The position numbers were made by a program, and so were the translations under genes. From positions 69,876,001 through 69,940,000 of the forward strand of contig CM059432.1 in the NCBI GenBank assembly GCA_030390025.1: a stretch of 64,000 nt of DNA, written 5' to 3'. The notes below the pieces were generated by a model, which had not been told where the DNA came from, did no database searches, and saw only the letters and a list, made by a program, of their open reading frames with translations. This stretch comes from Squalus acanthias (lineage: Eukaryota). This document shows, piece after piece, positions 24,848 to 37,987 of the stretch (within the stretch, counting starts at the first letter, position 1; each line of letters begins with the position of its first letter).

Positions 24848-25501
24848 GTATGATGTCAGATAAGTTTTACATTCCTCTGCTTTTTAAATATATTCTTCAA
24901 TAGGTACAGTGCAAACACATAGGATATCGCAGTATTTTTATTATTTCTCCTTCTGATTTGTGAATAGGTTTTGTGTTATTAGCAATTAATTATTTTTTTA
25001 GCTATAATTGATATTATCCTACATACAATTTGCTTCAATTTCTCAAATAATAAGATAATTTTTCAGTTAATCATTTAAGATATTTGATGATAGAGTGTTT
25101 GTTTATAATTTCCCCATTTTTATTTTTTCCAGTACTTTAATTATCTTTGTAGTATACACTATTTCCTGGTAGTGAGAGGAAGTAGATAATCCTGCTTAAA
25201 AGCCTTGGCGTATGGTGCTAATGAATCAGATACGTGGACGCGCAAGAACAGCCTGGGTTCTTTTACTGTCCATTTATTCTCCCTGCAGGGAAGTACTTCA
25301 CCATCAGTAGTACATTCCCTTTTGTAGCCCAATTGAAATCAAGAAGGGCTTGAGTGGTGAATCAGATGCCTCAATCCAATTCCTAGCATTTTGTGATATT
25401 TAACAGGCATACCAAGATACTGCAACACTGATGCACAATATTCAGAATTATTTTTATGGAAAATATTGCATTTAATTGATTGAAATATAGATCAATACCA
25501 T

Positions 25502-26373
25502 GGGGGAAAAATTCAGTTGGTTGCGCCTCCCGTTAGCGCCTTAAGAGGGCGCTAATGGGACACAAAGCATCTAGCGCCCAGGCGCGGCGATGTTTGCGCC
25601 GCTCGCAAAATTAACTAGACATTTTGCGGCAGCGCTAAACACTACCGCCACGATCTCCTGCGCAGGCAGATCGTGACGTCAGTCGAGTGCGCAACGCCCC
25701 GGCATCGCCCCGGAGCGGATATTGAGTGGCGCCCCCTGCCTTACCGCCTGACGCTAGCAACAGCAGGTTGAGGGGAGCGTTTTGCAGTCATGAAGGGACT
25801 GGGGGTGCGCTGTTTAAAGGCGACCGCTTCCTGCCTTTTATTGTTGGTGCCATTTTTGAACCACGCATTCTGAGAGAGAGAGAGAGAGACTTCTGGAGAG
25901 ATTCAACGCTGTGTGAAGCACTTTGCAGGTTCATTTTGATTAGCCCTCCCTTGCATCGATTTAGAAGACCTGTGGGGGCTGCACTCTGAGCTCTTTCCCT
26001 AGTACTCTCCATTGTTCTTCCCAGCAGATTTGATGTGCAGGTCTCTCCAGGCCGAGATTCAAGGCTGCAATGAGCAGGATGTGGATGGAAAGCAAGATCA
26101 ACCATCCCCTTTAAGAACTAGCCCATGCCATTGTGTGTGTGTTCCAATGCTGACTGACATCACATGAGCTTTGCCAGTGCTCTGAGGTAGTGCCTCGCTC
26201 CTCGGCCTTTGCGCCTTAAGACAGGTGTGAAGCGCCTGATTTAGCGCTCCAATCACCTCCAGGGGCGATAAAAGTCAAGTTTGCAGTCGGTGGCGATAAT
26301 TAGCGCCAGGCGCTAATCTTTGCGCCCGACCGATAATTGCGCCCCAAATGGGGCGATACTGAATTTCTCCCCC
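25502..26373. mobile_element. Harbinger-type MITE with a CAT TSD (sister copy at 53137-54025)
   Basis: TIRs GGGGGAAAAATTCAGT / ACTGAATTTCTCCCCC. CAT at 25499-25501 and 26374-26376. Confidence 0.9.
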
Positions 26374-26722
26374 CATGTTTATTATTCTTTGCACTTCAAA
26401 TCATATTCAGTAATTTTTACAAATGTCCACTATAATTCAACATCTTCACTTATTTCCCACCCACCTAGCAAAGAACATACTGGGTTGCATGTAGAAAACA
26501 TTCCTATTCTTAAATAAACAAATCATGAGCTTTTATTTTTCTGCTTGTTGTGATAAAATAATTTACTGTGACTTTTTTTCTTCTTTGTGTGGATTAAGTA
26601 CAGATTTTCTGGAAAGGCTACGGTTGTCTTTTTAAAAATTTATTCATGGGACTTTTTTAATTCATTCATATGATGTGGGCTTCGCTGGCAAGGCTGGCAT
26701 TTATTGCCCATCCTTAATTGCC

Positions 26723-27393
26723 AGGACAGGTAGATAAGGTGGTTAAGAAGTCATATGGGATACTTTCCTTTATTAGTCAAGGCATAGAATATAAGAGCAG
26801 AGAGGTTATGCTAGAACTGTATAAAACACTAGTTAGGTCACAGCTAGAGTATTGCGTACAGTTCTGGTCACCACATTACAGGAAAGATGTGATTGCACTA
26901 GAGAGGGTACAGAGGAGATTTGCGAGGATGTTGCCAGTACTGGAGAAATTTTAGCTATGAGGAAAGATTGGATAGGCTGGTGTTGTTTTCTTTGGAGCTG
27001 AAGAGGCTGAAGGGAGATTTAATTGAGGTGTATAAAATTATGAGGGGCCTAGATAGAGTGAATAGGAAGGACCTATTTTCCTTAGCAGAGTGGTCAATAA
27101 CCGGCAGCATAGATTTAAAGTAATTGGTAGAAGGATTAGAGGTGAGTTGAGGAGAACTTTTTTCATCCAGATGGTGGTGGGGGTCTGGAACTCACTGCCT
27201 GATAGGGTGGTAGAGGCAGAAACCCTCATCACATTTAAATAGCACTTGGATATACACTTGAAGTGCCGTAATGTACAGTGCTTCGAACCAAGAGTGGGAA
27301 ATTTGGATTAGGCTGGATAGCTCTTTTTCGGCGGGCACAGACACGATGGGCCGAATGGCCTCCTTCAATGCCATGAATATCTATGATTCTATG
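26723..27393 (+). mobile_element. 5'-truncated CR1 with a 7-bp TSD, nested in an older LINE 3' end
   Basis: RT C-terminal motifs. AATTGCC at 26716-26722 and 27394-27400. Confidence 0.9.
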
Positions 27394-28129
27394 AATTGCC
27401 CTTGAGAAGGCTGATGGTGTAGCAAAGTCTTGGACCATGTATTAGTGGTGATAGATTTTAATCATGAGTGGAAGCATAAAATTTGTGCAGTGCATTGGAG
27501 CAGCAATTCATGCTGTATCCTTATACCATTCTGTTGAATTCCAAATGTAAGCCATGCTGACTTTGGGAGATGTTGAGTGGAGGCCTGGCATCTTTCCATG
27601 TGGGAGGGTAATTCAGAGTCAGAACCACCCCCAGCCACCCTTTCACTGTTCCTAACATCTCTTAAAATAGAAGTCTACAATGAGAGACTAAGTTAAATAT
27701 ATAGTTATGTGTGCTGAGCTCATCAGAGATTTTGCTCAGCAGTTTAGTGGCTGGATTTCCACTGCAAGAAAGCTGAAATGTACTATTTAGTACTTTAGGG
27801 AACTGGGCTGCTAAATTTGATAGCCCCCGAAAATGGGAGCGGTGATCATGATATGCGATTAATCCGTGCCTGTTGATTCCATTGCAGGCTGCATGCAACT
27901 TTGTGCTGCCTGCTCATTTAAATGATTGCAGTGTCCAGCTAGCGCTAACTGCGCTGTTCATTGGCTGGACACATCAGCAAGTGGCCAATATTGTGAGAGG
28001 CGAGCACCAGTTAAAGCTAGCCTGCACTGCTTAAAGCTAGCCTGCACCTCTTAAAGGGGAGGTGCATTGTGGCTGGAGCAGGTGCTGGGAGTCATATTTG
28101 AAGGGATTCTGATCTGGGAAAGAGTGAGG

Positions 28130-30016
28130 AATGACGCAACAGGGGCGAGAGCAGGCTCGAAGGTTTTCAGACGCTGCACTGGAGGTCTTGGTGGAGGAGG
28201 TAGAAAGGAAGAGAGCTGTCCTGTATTCGTAGGGGGGAAGGAGGCCCTCCAGACAAATGGTAAAAAGGCAGTTGGGAGTAGATAGCTGTGGAAGTCAATG
28301 CTAGGAGTCATGCCCCGAGGGCCTGGATGCAGTGCCGCAAGAAGTTCAGTGACCTCACACGAGTGGTCAAGGTCAGTGAATTCATCTTCAAAAGCCATAT
28401 CCTACCAACTGCACCACTATCTTCAGACACTCCTTAATTCATCACACCCCTATCACTCACCTACCAACAGCCTCTATCAATCAGACCTCATACCTAAATT
28501 CATATGCTTCACCTCACACTCACACACTTAGCATTGCTGCAAGCCTCATACCCACATCTCACAGATTGCACACACAGCCAGCTATTCAACCATGGCAGCC
28601 ATATCAGCCAAACAGATTGCATGACACTCACTGATGCACTTCCCTCTCTCTTGCAGGAACTAACCAGAGGAGGACAGGTGCGCTTGCATGTCCGAACACC
28701 CATAGACGGTGCTGGCCACTATTGGGAAGGCCATTGCTGAGCTTGTGGCCAGCGGCGGGGCTGAATCAATTGAAGATGGCAGTATCCTCGTATTGAATCC
28801 TCCTTCTCACATCCCACTTCCTCCTCATCCCACAATCTCTTCTGACTTACAAGCTGCAGATGGTGTAAGCATGCACCCTTTACTTTCCCCCCTCTCCTCA
28901 TCACAACCTTACTCTTGTGCCTTTCTTCTTTCAGATAACCAAGAAGTGCAACCTGGGCAGGCAGTGGGGGGACAGAAAGGAGACAGTGATGATGAAGACG
29001 CACCGTCACCCAATTTCACACTTGCAGCCACCAGCTCAGATACTGACACTGTATAATTTAGAGGATAGCAGAGAGGTGGGATCTGCATATTGTGAGTCAC
29101 CGTGCACAAGTGCGCTGCAGCCACAGCAGGGGCAAGGATAGCGCAGGTGCCAGCTCGCTGGAGGACGAGGTCGCACACGGGTTCCGCTGCACAGGACTCA
29201 GAAGAGGACATCGATGGGGTGGCCTACAGAAGAACGCTGATGGGTAAGCACACGAAATGCTTGGTGCATTGGCAGGCCTGCCAGAAAGCCTGCGTGCACT
29301 GTCAAGGGGCATGGAGGAGTCTGGCATCAACTTGGCACAGGGCTTTGCGCAGACCTTGGAGCCCATCCTTTACAGCTTGGAAATGGTGACAACTCCATTA
29401 GCCCAGTGTGGACCCAACCAGGATGCAGCATCAGATGGCCGATGTCTCAGCTTCCATTGCAGCACAAGCAGCAGCCACCCAACGTCTGAGTGCTGCAGTG
29501 GAAGTTCAGACTGCTGTCATGCAAGGTCAGCTTGCTGCTATGCAAGCACAGACTGCTGCCATGGTTCCGGATTCCAGTGTTCAAAAGGGCCTGCAAGGTG
29601 TCACAGCGGTCCAGCAATCTGTCCGCCAGCAGATTACTAGGATTGCTGAGGCGCCGCCCTGGAGGAGTGGCAGTGGCAGTGGCTCCGTGGAGCACAAACC
29701 TGCTGTCCTCTCTCAGGATGACAGCATTCATCCTTCCACTACTGCCACTCCACCAGTGCCCTTGCTGTTGCCTGTCAGCCAGTCAGCCCAGACTGCTGCT
29801 GCTCATGCCGAGGTGGTGCAGTCTGCAGCCGGGCCTTCTAGGCCCAGAGCTGCTCAAGGTCGTCCTCCTGCAAGGCCATCAGCAGTCTCTTCCACTGAAA
29901 CTCAGCAGCCTCCCACCAACCATGCTGCAGCCACTGGGGTAGCGCTGCGTAGGAGCATTAGGACAGGCAAAGACACACGGAAGACAGCCACTAAGGGAAT
30001 GCACAAGGGTCATTAG
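28130..30016 (+). pseudogene. Harbinger Myb/SANT partner gene, decayed
   Basis: RAGSKVF / WMQCRKKFSDLTRVVK followed by GTCAGT; coiled-coil and low-complexity last exon (ORF 29408-30016). Confidence 0.78.
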
Positions 30017-30185
30017 TTGACTTTGTATGCAATACGACATGATTCCATTTATAAATTTGGTTTGGAATGTTTATCTTGTGGTGACTTTTATTTTTGCATT
30101 GTGGTTAAGCGGACACTGTAATGGTCAGTGACAGAGGGAAGATAAGGTGTGGGACTGTTGGTGAATGGGGAATTGGGATTGAGGT

Positions 30186-30260
30186 TATTCATATTGCACT
30201 CGGATGAGTTCATCACGGACCTCCTGGGCAGAAAGTGGCTGTCTAGGTTGCCTCCTCCCT

Positions 30261-30292
<32 letters not shown>

Positions 30293-31341
30293 GTTCTCCT
30301 ATTGCTCCTGCTCCTCAGCTGGTTGCCATATAGCTGGTGGCAATGGCTGTGCCCTCATGATGGCGAGGTTGTACAGCATGCAACAGACCACCATGAATTT
30401 TAATACCTGCTCTGCCGGGTACTGCAGGGCTCCTCCAGAGCAGTCCAGGCAGCGGAAGCGTTGTTTCACCACTCCAATTGTCTGCTCTATCACATTTTGT
30501 GTGGTAGCACAGCTTTCAATGAATGCATGCTTTGCACGTGTGCATGGGTTGCGCACCGGAGTCATGAGCCATGTTGTCAGTGGCCTTGTCGCCCAGTTGC
30601 CACCCTTTGGTTTGCTGTGGTGGCTGAAATGGAGCTGGCACTGCGGACTACCACAGAATGAAGGCATCATGACAGCTGCCAGGATACCGGGTATTGACCT
30701 GCATGATTCGCTGCCTATGGTCGCAGACCAGCTGGACGTTGAGGGAGTGGAAACCCTTTCGGTTCCGGTATATGACAGAGTTGGCATGCGCCGCCCGCAA
30801 AGCAATCTGCGTGCAGTCAATGGTACCCTACACCATGGGGAAGCCTGCAATCCTAGCAAAGTTGCATGCTCACTCTTCCTGCTGGTCTCTGGCAAGAGAG
30901 AATGAATGTAGTTAGCTCTCTTTGAATACAGAGCATCAGTGACCTCCCTTACACAACAGTGGATGGCAAACTGCGAGTTGTTGCAAATATCTCCAGCTCC
31001 AGCCTGGAAGGAACCAAATGCATAAAAGTTCATGGCCACGGTCACCTTCACAGCCACTGGCAATGCGGTCCTTGCCCTGCTCTGAGGTTGCAGTTGTGAG
31101 TGCAGCAGGTGGCAGATTTCAGTGAGGATGTCCTTACCGAAACGCTGACATCTCACACATTGTTCCTCACTGAGGTTCAGGTAGGAGAATTGCTCCCTGA
31201 ACACCCTGGGCAGATATGGCCTCCTGGGCTTCTCCCCCTCCTTCTCCTTCCTCTTCCAGCAGCTTGTCCTGCTCTGCAAGCCCTCTGTTCATTCTCCCAG
31301 TCACGCTGTATTCCAAGGGAAATTCCTACTAGTGCACCCAT
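30186..31341 (-). pseudogene. Harbinger transposase, frameshifted
   Basis: [51 protein letters not shown]. Confidence 0.9.
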
Positions 31342-32232
31342 GTCTGTCAGCAAGTGGTTTGTACAGAAGCCTTGAAATCAGGAAAAAGTCCTTCAGCACC
31401 TGCCATACCACTCCCTGTAGACTTTAGCAACTTTAAACAACTATAGAAAGCACCAAACACTTGTAGAATCATAGCCACAGCCAGTAGAAATCAATCAGTA
31501 ACCTGTAAGTAGGTGATGATCCCTTTAAAGAGCCCTGGTGGTGAATCCTTCCTGCTGCTGAATGCTTGTTCAACTGTGCAAAGTTAAGAGAGGGCGTTAG
31601 CTGGAGCGTTGAGCTCCAAAATGGCACCACTGGCTGACTGATATCATGATCTGCCTGCTCTGCATACTTCTGAAAGACTTTCACTAGACACGTGCTTACG
31701 CCCTGACCAATATGGCGTCTGACACGATTCGCCCCACAAGTGTGCACGCATGCCATTTTGGAACCAAAACAGCTTTAATCGTGCCGAAAAATGGGAGTTA
31801 AGGATCCGAATTTTGCACCCGTGGCTCTTCCCCACCCACCCCCCCCTCGCCCGCCACTGCCCCGCCACCCCCCCCCCCCCCTCACCTAGTTGGTTTAAAG
31901 CTGGTTAACCTCAAGTTTGTATAGATGATGGGCTGTGGAAAAATAAAGTGCAGAACATGTAAAAATACTGTTTCATACATAACATAAGTGACCTACATTG
32001 CTGACTAAGAGGCGAGGCGAAATGCCTTCACATAAGCAGTAATTTGCCAAATGAACGTCTGGCCTAATCATACTTTTTGATGTAGCCTTTGTATAGCCAC
32101 TGACTGCTGAACTCTGTAGGTGATAATACAAACAAACTATGCATAATATAAGAGCCTTACATTGCATGAAATGATCTTCTGGTCTTTTTCCCCAGCTCTT
32201 TGCCCTTTAAACCCTCCTCTTCTGAAGACATT

Positions 32233-32816
32233 GGGGTAGAAATTGGTATGCATTGTGCTTGTTTTTTGGGGATAAAATGGACACAAAGCATAGCAGTTTA
32301 GCAATGGAACGTCCTGGACCCAATCTGCACAGGCGTTGGTCCCACTGCTAAATTCGTGGGGTCCATTTTTTCGGCATCTCAGGCGGACTCCTAAGACAGG
32401 CATGAGGTTCCTAGAATATGACAATGATGGGCCCAACGCCTGTTTATGGACACCTTTGTAAAATTAGCTATCAGTGAGTGGGACAGGCATCAGGATTTTT
32501 CAGCAGCCACCAACAAAAGATAATTGTTCAGTAATTATTTTTTAATTAGTTTTTCTGTGAATCCAGGAGGAGTAGGAGTACTCCCCGCGACTCCACAGTA
32601 CTGGCGTCGCCCTCGCCCATTGCCCAATCCAAGTCCCATCCCGGAGCTTACCTAAGGAAAACTGCCGACGGCCCGGAATTCTTTTTTCTCGTGGGGTGAT
32701 CCGCTTGTGGCGCAATAGGCACGGGCTGCTCACCCCAAATATGTAGATGAGGCCCGAGGCCCAATTTCAGACTAGCATCAGGCCTCTCTGTTCAGGTCCA
32801 GACTAATTTCTACTTC
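32233..32816. mobile_element. Harbinger-type MITE with an ATT TSD
   Basis: TIRs GGGGTAGAAATT / AATTTCTACTTC. ATT at 32230-32232 and 32817-32819. Confidence 0.7.
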
Positions 32817-33009
32817 ATTGACTCATTGTGGGGTGCAACTTCATGTGCATTGGTATTTTCACGTGTGAACCTAGACAGTGAGCATTATACAGCAATTCAA
32901 CAATGGAGGGCCTCATCTCAACAGAGCTCAGTTAATTGCTAACCTGACGTCCACACACACACACACACACTTTCTAGCAGGAGCCACTGAGCAGAAATCA
33001 GAAGCAGAA

Positions 33010-33280
33010 ATGTGCGGGTTAGGTTGATTTGGCTATGATAAATTGACCCTTAGTGTTAGGGGGGGGGATTAAATATGTGGGGTTATGGGGATAGGATGGG
33101 ATATGTTAGGGGGAATTAAATACGTGGGGTTACGGGGCTAGGGTGGGATATGTGTACTGTGGGGATTAAAGCAGGGACAGGGTACTGGATTTGAATGATC
33201 AGCCATGATCGTATTGAATGGTGGAGCAGGCTCGACGGGCCGAATGGCCTACTCCTGCTCCTAGATTCTATGTTTCTATG
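33010..33280 (+). mobile_element. 5'-truncated V-SINE (HE1-like) with a CR1-derived 3' tail
   Basis: V-domain-like TGTGCGGGTTAGG...AAATTGACCCTTAGTG. The last ~100 bp match the 3' end of the CR1 copies at 2197 and 61140. Confidence 0.65.
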
Positions 33281-33447
33281 AAACACTGGGCGATTTTTCC
33301 CTTCTCTAAATCCAACTTCAGGTGTATTTCAAACACCTGTTTGGTTCAAGAATAATTCTTTCTAAAATACAAGTACTAATCAATAGAGGTACAATCTAGC
33401 AATATGCATACAGACTATATGATTACACTATCAGTTACTGAATTCAT

Positions 33448-35048
33448 TGGCGTAGAAGTTAGTGGCGTCTCCCTGCCTGTAAGGGGTGACGTGTGGCTCT
33501 GTGCTTAGCCTGAGTGCTAGTGCGGGGTTAGGCCTTGTTGCCTGTTCTGGTCTCCAGCCAGCCTGGTAACACTAGACACCTGTGAGTGGTTTAACCCACT
33601 CGCCCTTACGGTTCTGACACTGGACTTAGGTGCGAGAGCAATAATGCAGAGAAAACTCAGGTAGACCCGGTTGAATAGTGCGAAATGGAAAATCTTTATT
33701 GCATATTATTCAAGATTACGAGATACATGTCATAAGCACAGATTAATGACAGTACAATCTTACACACAGTTATGAAACTAATTTTAGGGAAACGAGGAGC
33801 GCACGACACATCGTAAAAGGGGACACACATTATAATTATCCTTAAAACTTAAACCCTCCCCTATCAATACCTGTCCTAATCTAGATTTGTAGGATCGAGA
33901 CTCATGCTCACCACTCATGATAACTCGGAGAATTCCGAAACTCTGCTCGGATGTTTTTACCGCAGCACCTGACTATCCACGTGTTGATCAGGGGTCTCTG
34001 TACCCCACTTGTTTACTCGCTTCTGCTCCGGCTAGCAGGCTGGACCGTCTGCTGTCATGAAGATCTGTGTTGCCCTCGGAGTTCTGATACTACTCAAAAA
34101 AAGAGTCTTCCTGTGTCCTACACCGGTTCGATAGAACTCGAAGAAGGGTCTTCCTGGGCCAGTTGTGAAGAAGTCGGTAGAATTCAAAGAAGTGTTTAAT
34201 CGACTTACAGGCGCGGTCGGGGCTTACTGACCGTGGCGATACGTATTGTCGTCTTCTCTTCTCATCTCATCTCATCTCATCTCCTCTCGGGCCTTCTGGT
34301 TCCAACACCGTTTACCGACTTCTCGGGATGGTGCGCCCGCTTCCAGGCCTTCACAGCCCAGTTCTCCACAGATCTTCGCGGCAAGCCATGAGGTTGATCC
34401 TAGCGGATCAGAGTCCAGAGTCGTCGGGCAAGAGAATAAAAGTTCAGCAGCCTTCCAGCGAGTCAAAGCAGCAAGAGAGAGATGGACGGTTGTACTTTAC
34501 AGTTATAGTGCTGTAATTCCTCTTTTCCCGCCCAATCTTAATGTCTATCTTTTGTCAGGGTTTTGGCGCTCAAACTTCTTGTATGGGGTGATCTCAGTCT
34601 TTAATGGGTTTCGGTGACACTTGTAACTGTCTGAGTACCCGTTAATATTTCTCCCATTGTGGAACCGGCTAGTAGTCTCCCTGGAGGGGTTTTGGGGCTT
34701 CCAAATGCTTGCTGTGAGTACCCGCGAACGGCTCTCTCATCGTAGAGCCGTGGGGATTTTGCATATTAATGTCTTTGGATGGGTCCTTGATCGCTCAGTA
34801 CAATAGCCCTTGTTTGCACCTGGGGGACCGATTTCAGTATTTATGTTTAAAATGCAAACCCATCATGTCTTGTCAATTATCTCAAATGTGCTGAGTCCTG
34901 TTCGATCTTGCTGAAATGTTTATTGAAACGCCATCTTGTCTGCCTGCTACATGACAGCATTCTGCTGAAATAAAGCTGTTTATACGAAACTTTATGTCTC
35001 CTTCTTATTTTTATAAAATCGCGATAATTTTGCGAATTCTACATGCCA
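33448..35048 (-). mobile_element. Possible ~1.6-kb solo LTR, or a TIR element
   Basis: TGGCGTAGAA...TTCTACATGCCA inverted TG..CA ends; CpG-rich relative to flanks; minus-strand AATAAA near 33700; (TCTCA)n at about 34256-34282. TSD unclear. Confidence 0.45.
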
Positions 35049-35464
35049 CAATTATGCCGGTCAAGCAGGCCAAGGATTTCTGTTCTCACCAATTCAAGTC
35101 ACTGGTTTCATTTTATAATAATCAGAAATCAAGCTGCCTGCTTTTCTTCTCCAAACCTTTGGTCAGTCAAATAGGTTGACTAATCAAGTGCTGATTACCG
35201 TATTAGTTTAAACAACCTTGTTGCAACCAGAAAGCTACCATTGTTAGTCCTTGGATGTATGTCTTGGTCGCATCAAGATAAGTAGATAAATAATACAGCA
35301 GCATAAAGTCAAAACAGCAATGTCTTAACTATTGATATGGATTGTGTGAATTTCCTTCTATTTTTCATCTGAATCAATGCATACAAATACACATTCTGTC
35401 TCATGATTACTGTTGTTGATGCCATATGATTAACTCTGCCCCAATATTTATGTCCATTCATCAG

Positions 35465-35706
35465 GGAGCTGGGATGTCTTTGTTGTCACTAGTGACATGC
35501 CAAACAGTGGCACAGATGTAGAGATAACACTAACAGTTTGCTGCAAGAATGGCTCAGCTGCTCCCATCATTCTTAAGAAAGGGTCTTTGAAGAAAGGTTA
35601 TACACACAAGACCTCAGTAGACATAGATGAGCAATTAGGAGCCATCACTAAAGTCAGGCTGCAGAGAGAGGAATCCAGGAATGAAGATATTTGGCATTGT
35701 CAGAAG
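35465..35706 (+). CDS. PLAT-domain gene, exon E (SWDVFVVTSDMPNSGTD...LGAITKVRL...WHCQK)
   Basis: CATCAG acceptor, GTAATG donor; phase 1/0. Confidence 0.9.
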
Positions 35707-35891
35707 GTAATGTGTGAAGATGCCTGTGGGCAGTAATAGCTGATCGCAAATCTGTAACATTTATAACTACTAATTCTTTCCACCTCCATCTTTCACATTA
35801 TTTTCTTCATATTTAAGGTTTGTTTGATACTCTTCTAATTTTTCCAGCAAAATTAATTTGCAAAATCATTCAAATTCCTTAATTCCCTCAG

Positions 35892-36018
35892 GTTGAGCTT
35901 CAACACCAAAATACAAAAGAGGTGTTAGAGTTTTTGTTCCTGCGCAATTTATCACAAGTTGAAGGATCCAAAGTGGTGGAACTCCCCGTAATCAAAAGCA
36001 GCACCGATTTTCTGACAG
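35892..36018 (+). CDS. PLAT-domain gene, exon F (VELQHQNTKEVLEF...VVELPV)
   Basis: CCCTCAG acceptor, GTTTGT donor; open frame; phase 0/1. Confidence 0.85.
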
Positions 36019-36198
36019 GTTTGTAGCTCTGTTGGGTATATCACTAGATGAACAGTACATATAAACAATATTTGAAGTGTATTTAATATTGGTTCAGAGA
36101 AAATATGGTGAAAGATACGCATTTTCATTTCACACAATCCATTATTAATCTGTTGACCAAGATGTCCAAAATTGAAAGCACGTTGTTGTGTTTTGCAG

Positions 36199-36340
36199 TG
36201 AAGGAATACATGATATTCACCATCACTGGATCGTCCAATAAATTAGGAACAGATTCTGATGTGTACATCACTTTAAAAGGAACTTAGGAGATACAGGCAA
36301 AAGAAAGCTCAACACGGAAACAGGAACTAAAGAAGGAATG
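36199..36340 (+). CDS. PLAT-domain gene, exon G, with an apparent 1-nt deletion near 36283
   Basis: KEYMIFTITG..GTDSDVYITLKG is followed by TAG at 36285-36287. The expected LGDTGKRKL continues in the shifted frame to the GTAGGA donor. Confidence 0.8.
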
Positions 36341-36764
36341 GTAGGAAAACCTGTGCATTATGGTCAAATAATTGGATTTTAATTTTCACTCTGTATTGAT
36401 AGACAGAATAAAGTTAGGACTGGCCTGATCCAACCATTGGACTACAGGCATGCAGTTACAACATAAAACATAAACCTGTATTGATGCCAGACACGTATCT
36501 TTATAAACCTCCCCAGTTTAAAGTTATTTACCAAAATGTAATTATCCTCTTGGGTACACATAGATGTCATTTCATTTCAAAGGATTCATTATACAACCCA
36601 AAGGCCACTGCGGTCCTTGTTGCAGCCTTCAGACTCAGGGACCTAACAACTCTTTTTTGAATTTGACAGAAATCACATGTGGAAAATTGTGTTGGGAAAC
36701 CCAGGGCTTGCAGTATTGTTTTGTATTTTTTCTCTGCAGAATATGGGCATATATATAAAAAAGT

Positions 36765-37987
36765 AAAACAAAAAATGCTGGAAAAACTCAGCAGGTCAGG
36801 CAGCATCCGTAGAGAGAGAAACAGAGTTAATGTTTCAGGTCGATGACCTTTCATCAGGACTGGAAAAAGTTAGAGATATAACGGGGTAAAAATTGAGTCG
36901 CGCCCCATTTGGGGCGCTAACCTCGCCGGGGCGCGACTTTTAGCGCCCCGAAAAAATTAGCGGCCCCGCGCCGGAACTTCAGTGGTTGCGCCCCAAGAGG
37001 GAAGCGGGGCGCCACTGGAAGCACCCCGCATCCCTCTTGGGGCGCTGCGAGTGAATATCCTGGCGCTACGTGCCGCAGCGCCACGCGCTGCGTCACGTCG
37101 CGCCGCGGTATTGCAGGCCTTCCTCCCCTTCTTAAAGGGGAGGGACCCTGCGCAGCGCGAACCGGGGCCCAGCTGGGCCCCCAGGGATCGGGAGTGCCGG
37201 CAAAAGAGCCCGGCACTCAAGAGAAGTGCCGGGCTCTTGGAGCGCAGCCGGCACTTCACGGTGGGGGGGCTTCACGGGGGCCGGGGGCAGGTGCTGGCAG
37301 GCGGCCAGCAACAAAAATGGCCGCCTGCCACCTCCCCTTTAAATATCGCCGCCCCGGCCGCACGTACGCCTCCCTGAACCCGTCGGACATAGCGTCTGGC
37401 GGTAAATCAGGGGACGCGACTGAAGATCGCGGCTGGAGCGCGAGCGGGGTGCTGCGCACGGCGATGACGTCATCGCCGGCGGCGCAGCACCACAGGGCGC
37501 TACCGGCTGGCGCCGCCGCTAACCTCCCGCTGAATTTTTCGGGAGGCGTGGGCAGCGCTGCGCCCGGGCGTTAGCTGCTTTACGCCCCATTAGCGCCCTC
37601 TTAAGGCGCTAACGGGAGGCGCAAGCAGCTGAATTTTTCCCCCAACAGGTTTTAGGCAAGTGCAGAGACAGGGAAAGGGGGGAGGGGAGGAAAGATCAAA
37701 AGAGAAGGTCTGTGATAAGGTGGAAGGGAGGAGAGATTAAATGACAAAAGGTATGATTGTATAAGGCAAAAGGAGATGGTAATGGGACAAGTAAAGGAAC
37801 AAAAGATGGGTTTAGAAGAGAGGTAAATGGGAATAGCAGAATCATTAACAGCTGTCGGCTTAAAAAGTGGGGGCAGAGGTTATGATCTGAAATTGTTGAA
37901 CTCGATGTTGAGTCCAGAAGGCTGTAAAGTGCTGAATCGAAAGATGAGGTGCTGTTCCTCGAGCTTACGTTGAGCTTCGTTGGAACT
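36765..37987 (-). mobile_element. Penelope-like retroelement 3' part (ORF C-terminus, UTR, hammerhead), interrupted by a MITE
   Basis: SNEAQRKLEEQHLIFRFSTLQPSGLNIEFNNFRS* is a typical end of a GIY-YIG domain. Minus-strand hammerhead CTGATGA-A-AGGTC-ATC-GACCT-GAAAC at about 36832-36857. Confidence 0.82.
36883..37643. mobile_element. Very GC/CpG-rich Harbinger-type MITE with an AAC TSD
   Basis: TIRs GGGGTAAAAATT / AATTTTTCCCCC. AAC at 36880-36882 and 37644-37646. Its right end matches the left end of the 25502 family. Confidence 0.9.

Larger units (their letters stand above)
27806..31820. mobile_element. Full-length decayed Harbinger transposon (opposite orientation)
   Basis: TIRs GGCTGCTAAATTTGAT / ATCCGAATTTTGCACCC. 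Myb/SANT gene on +, transposase on -. Confidence 0.88.

Noticed and set aside
36917..37574. Several overlapping 100-130 aa ORFs
   Set aside because: By-product of a stop-poor, GC-rich MITE; no domain motifs.
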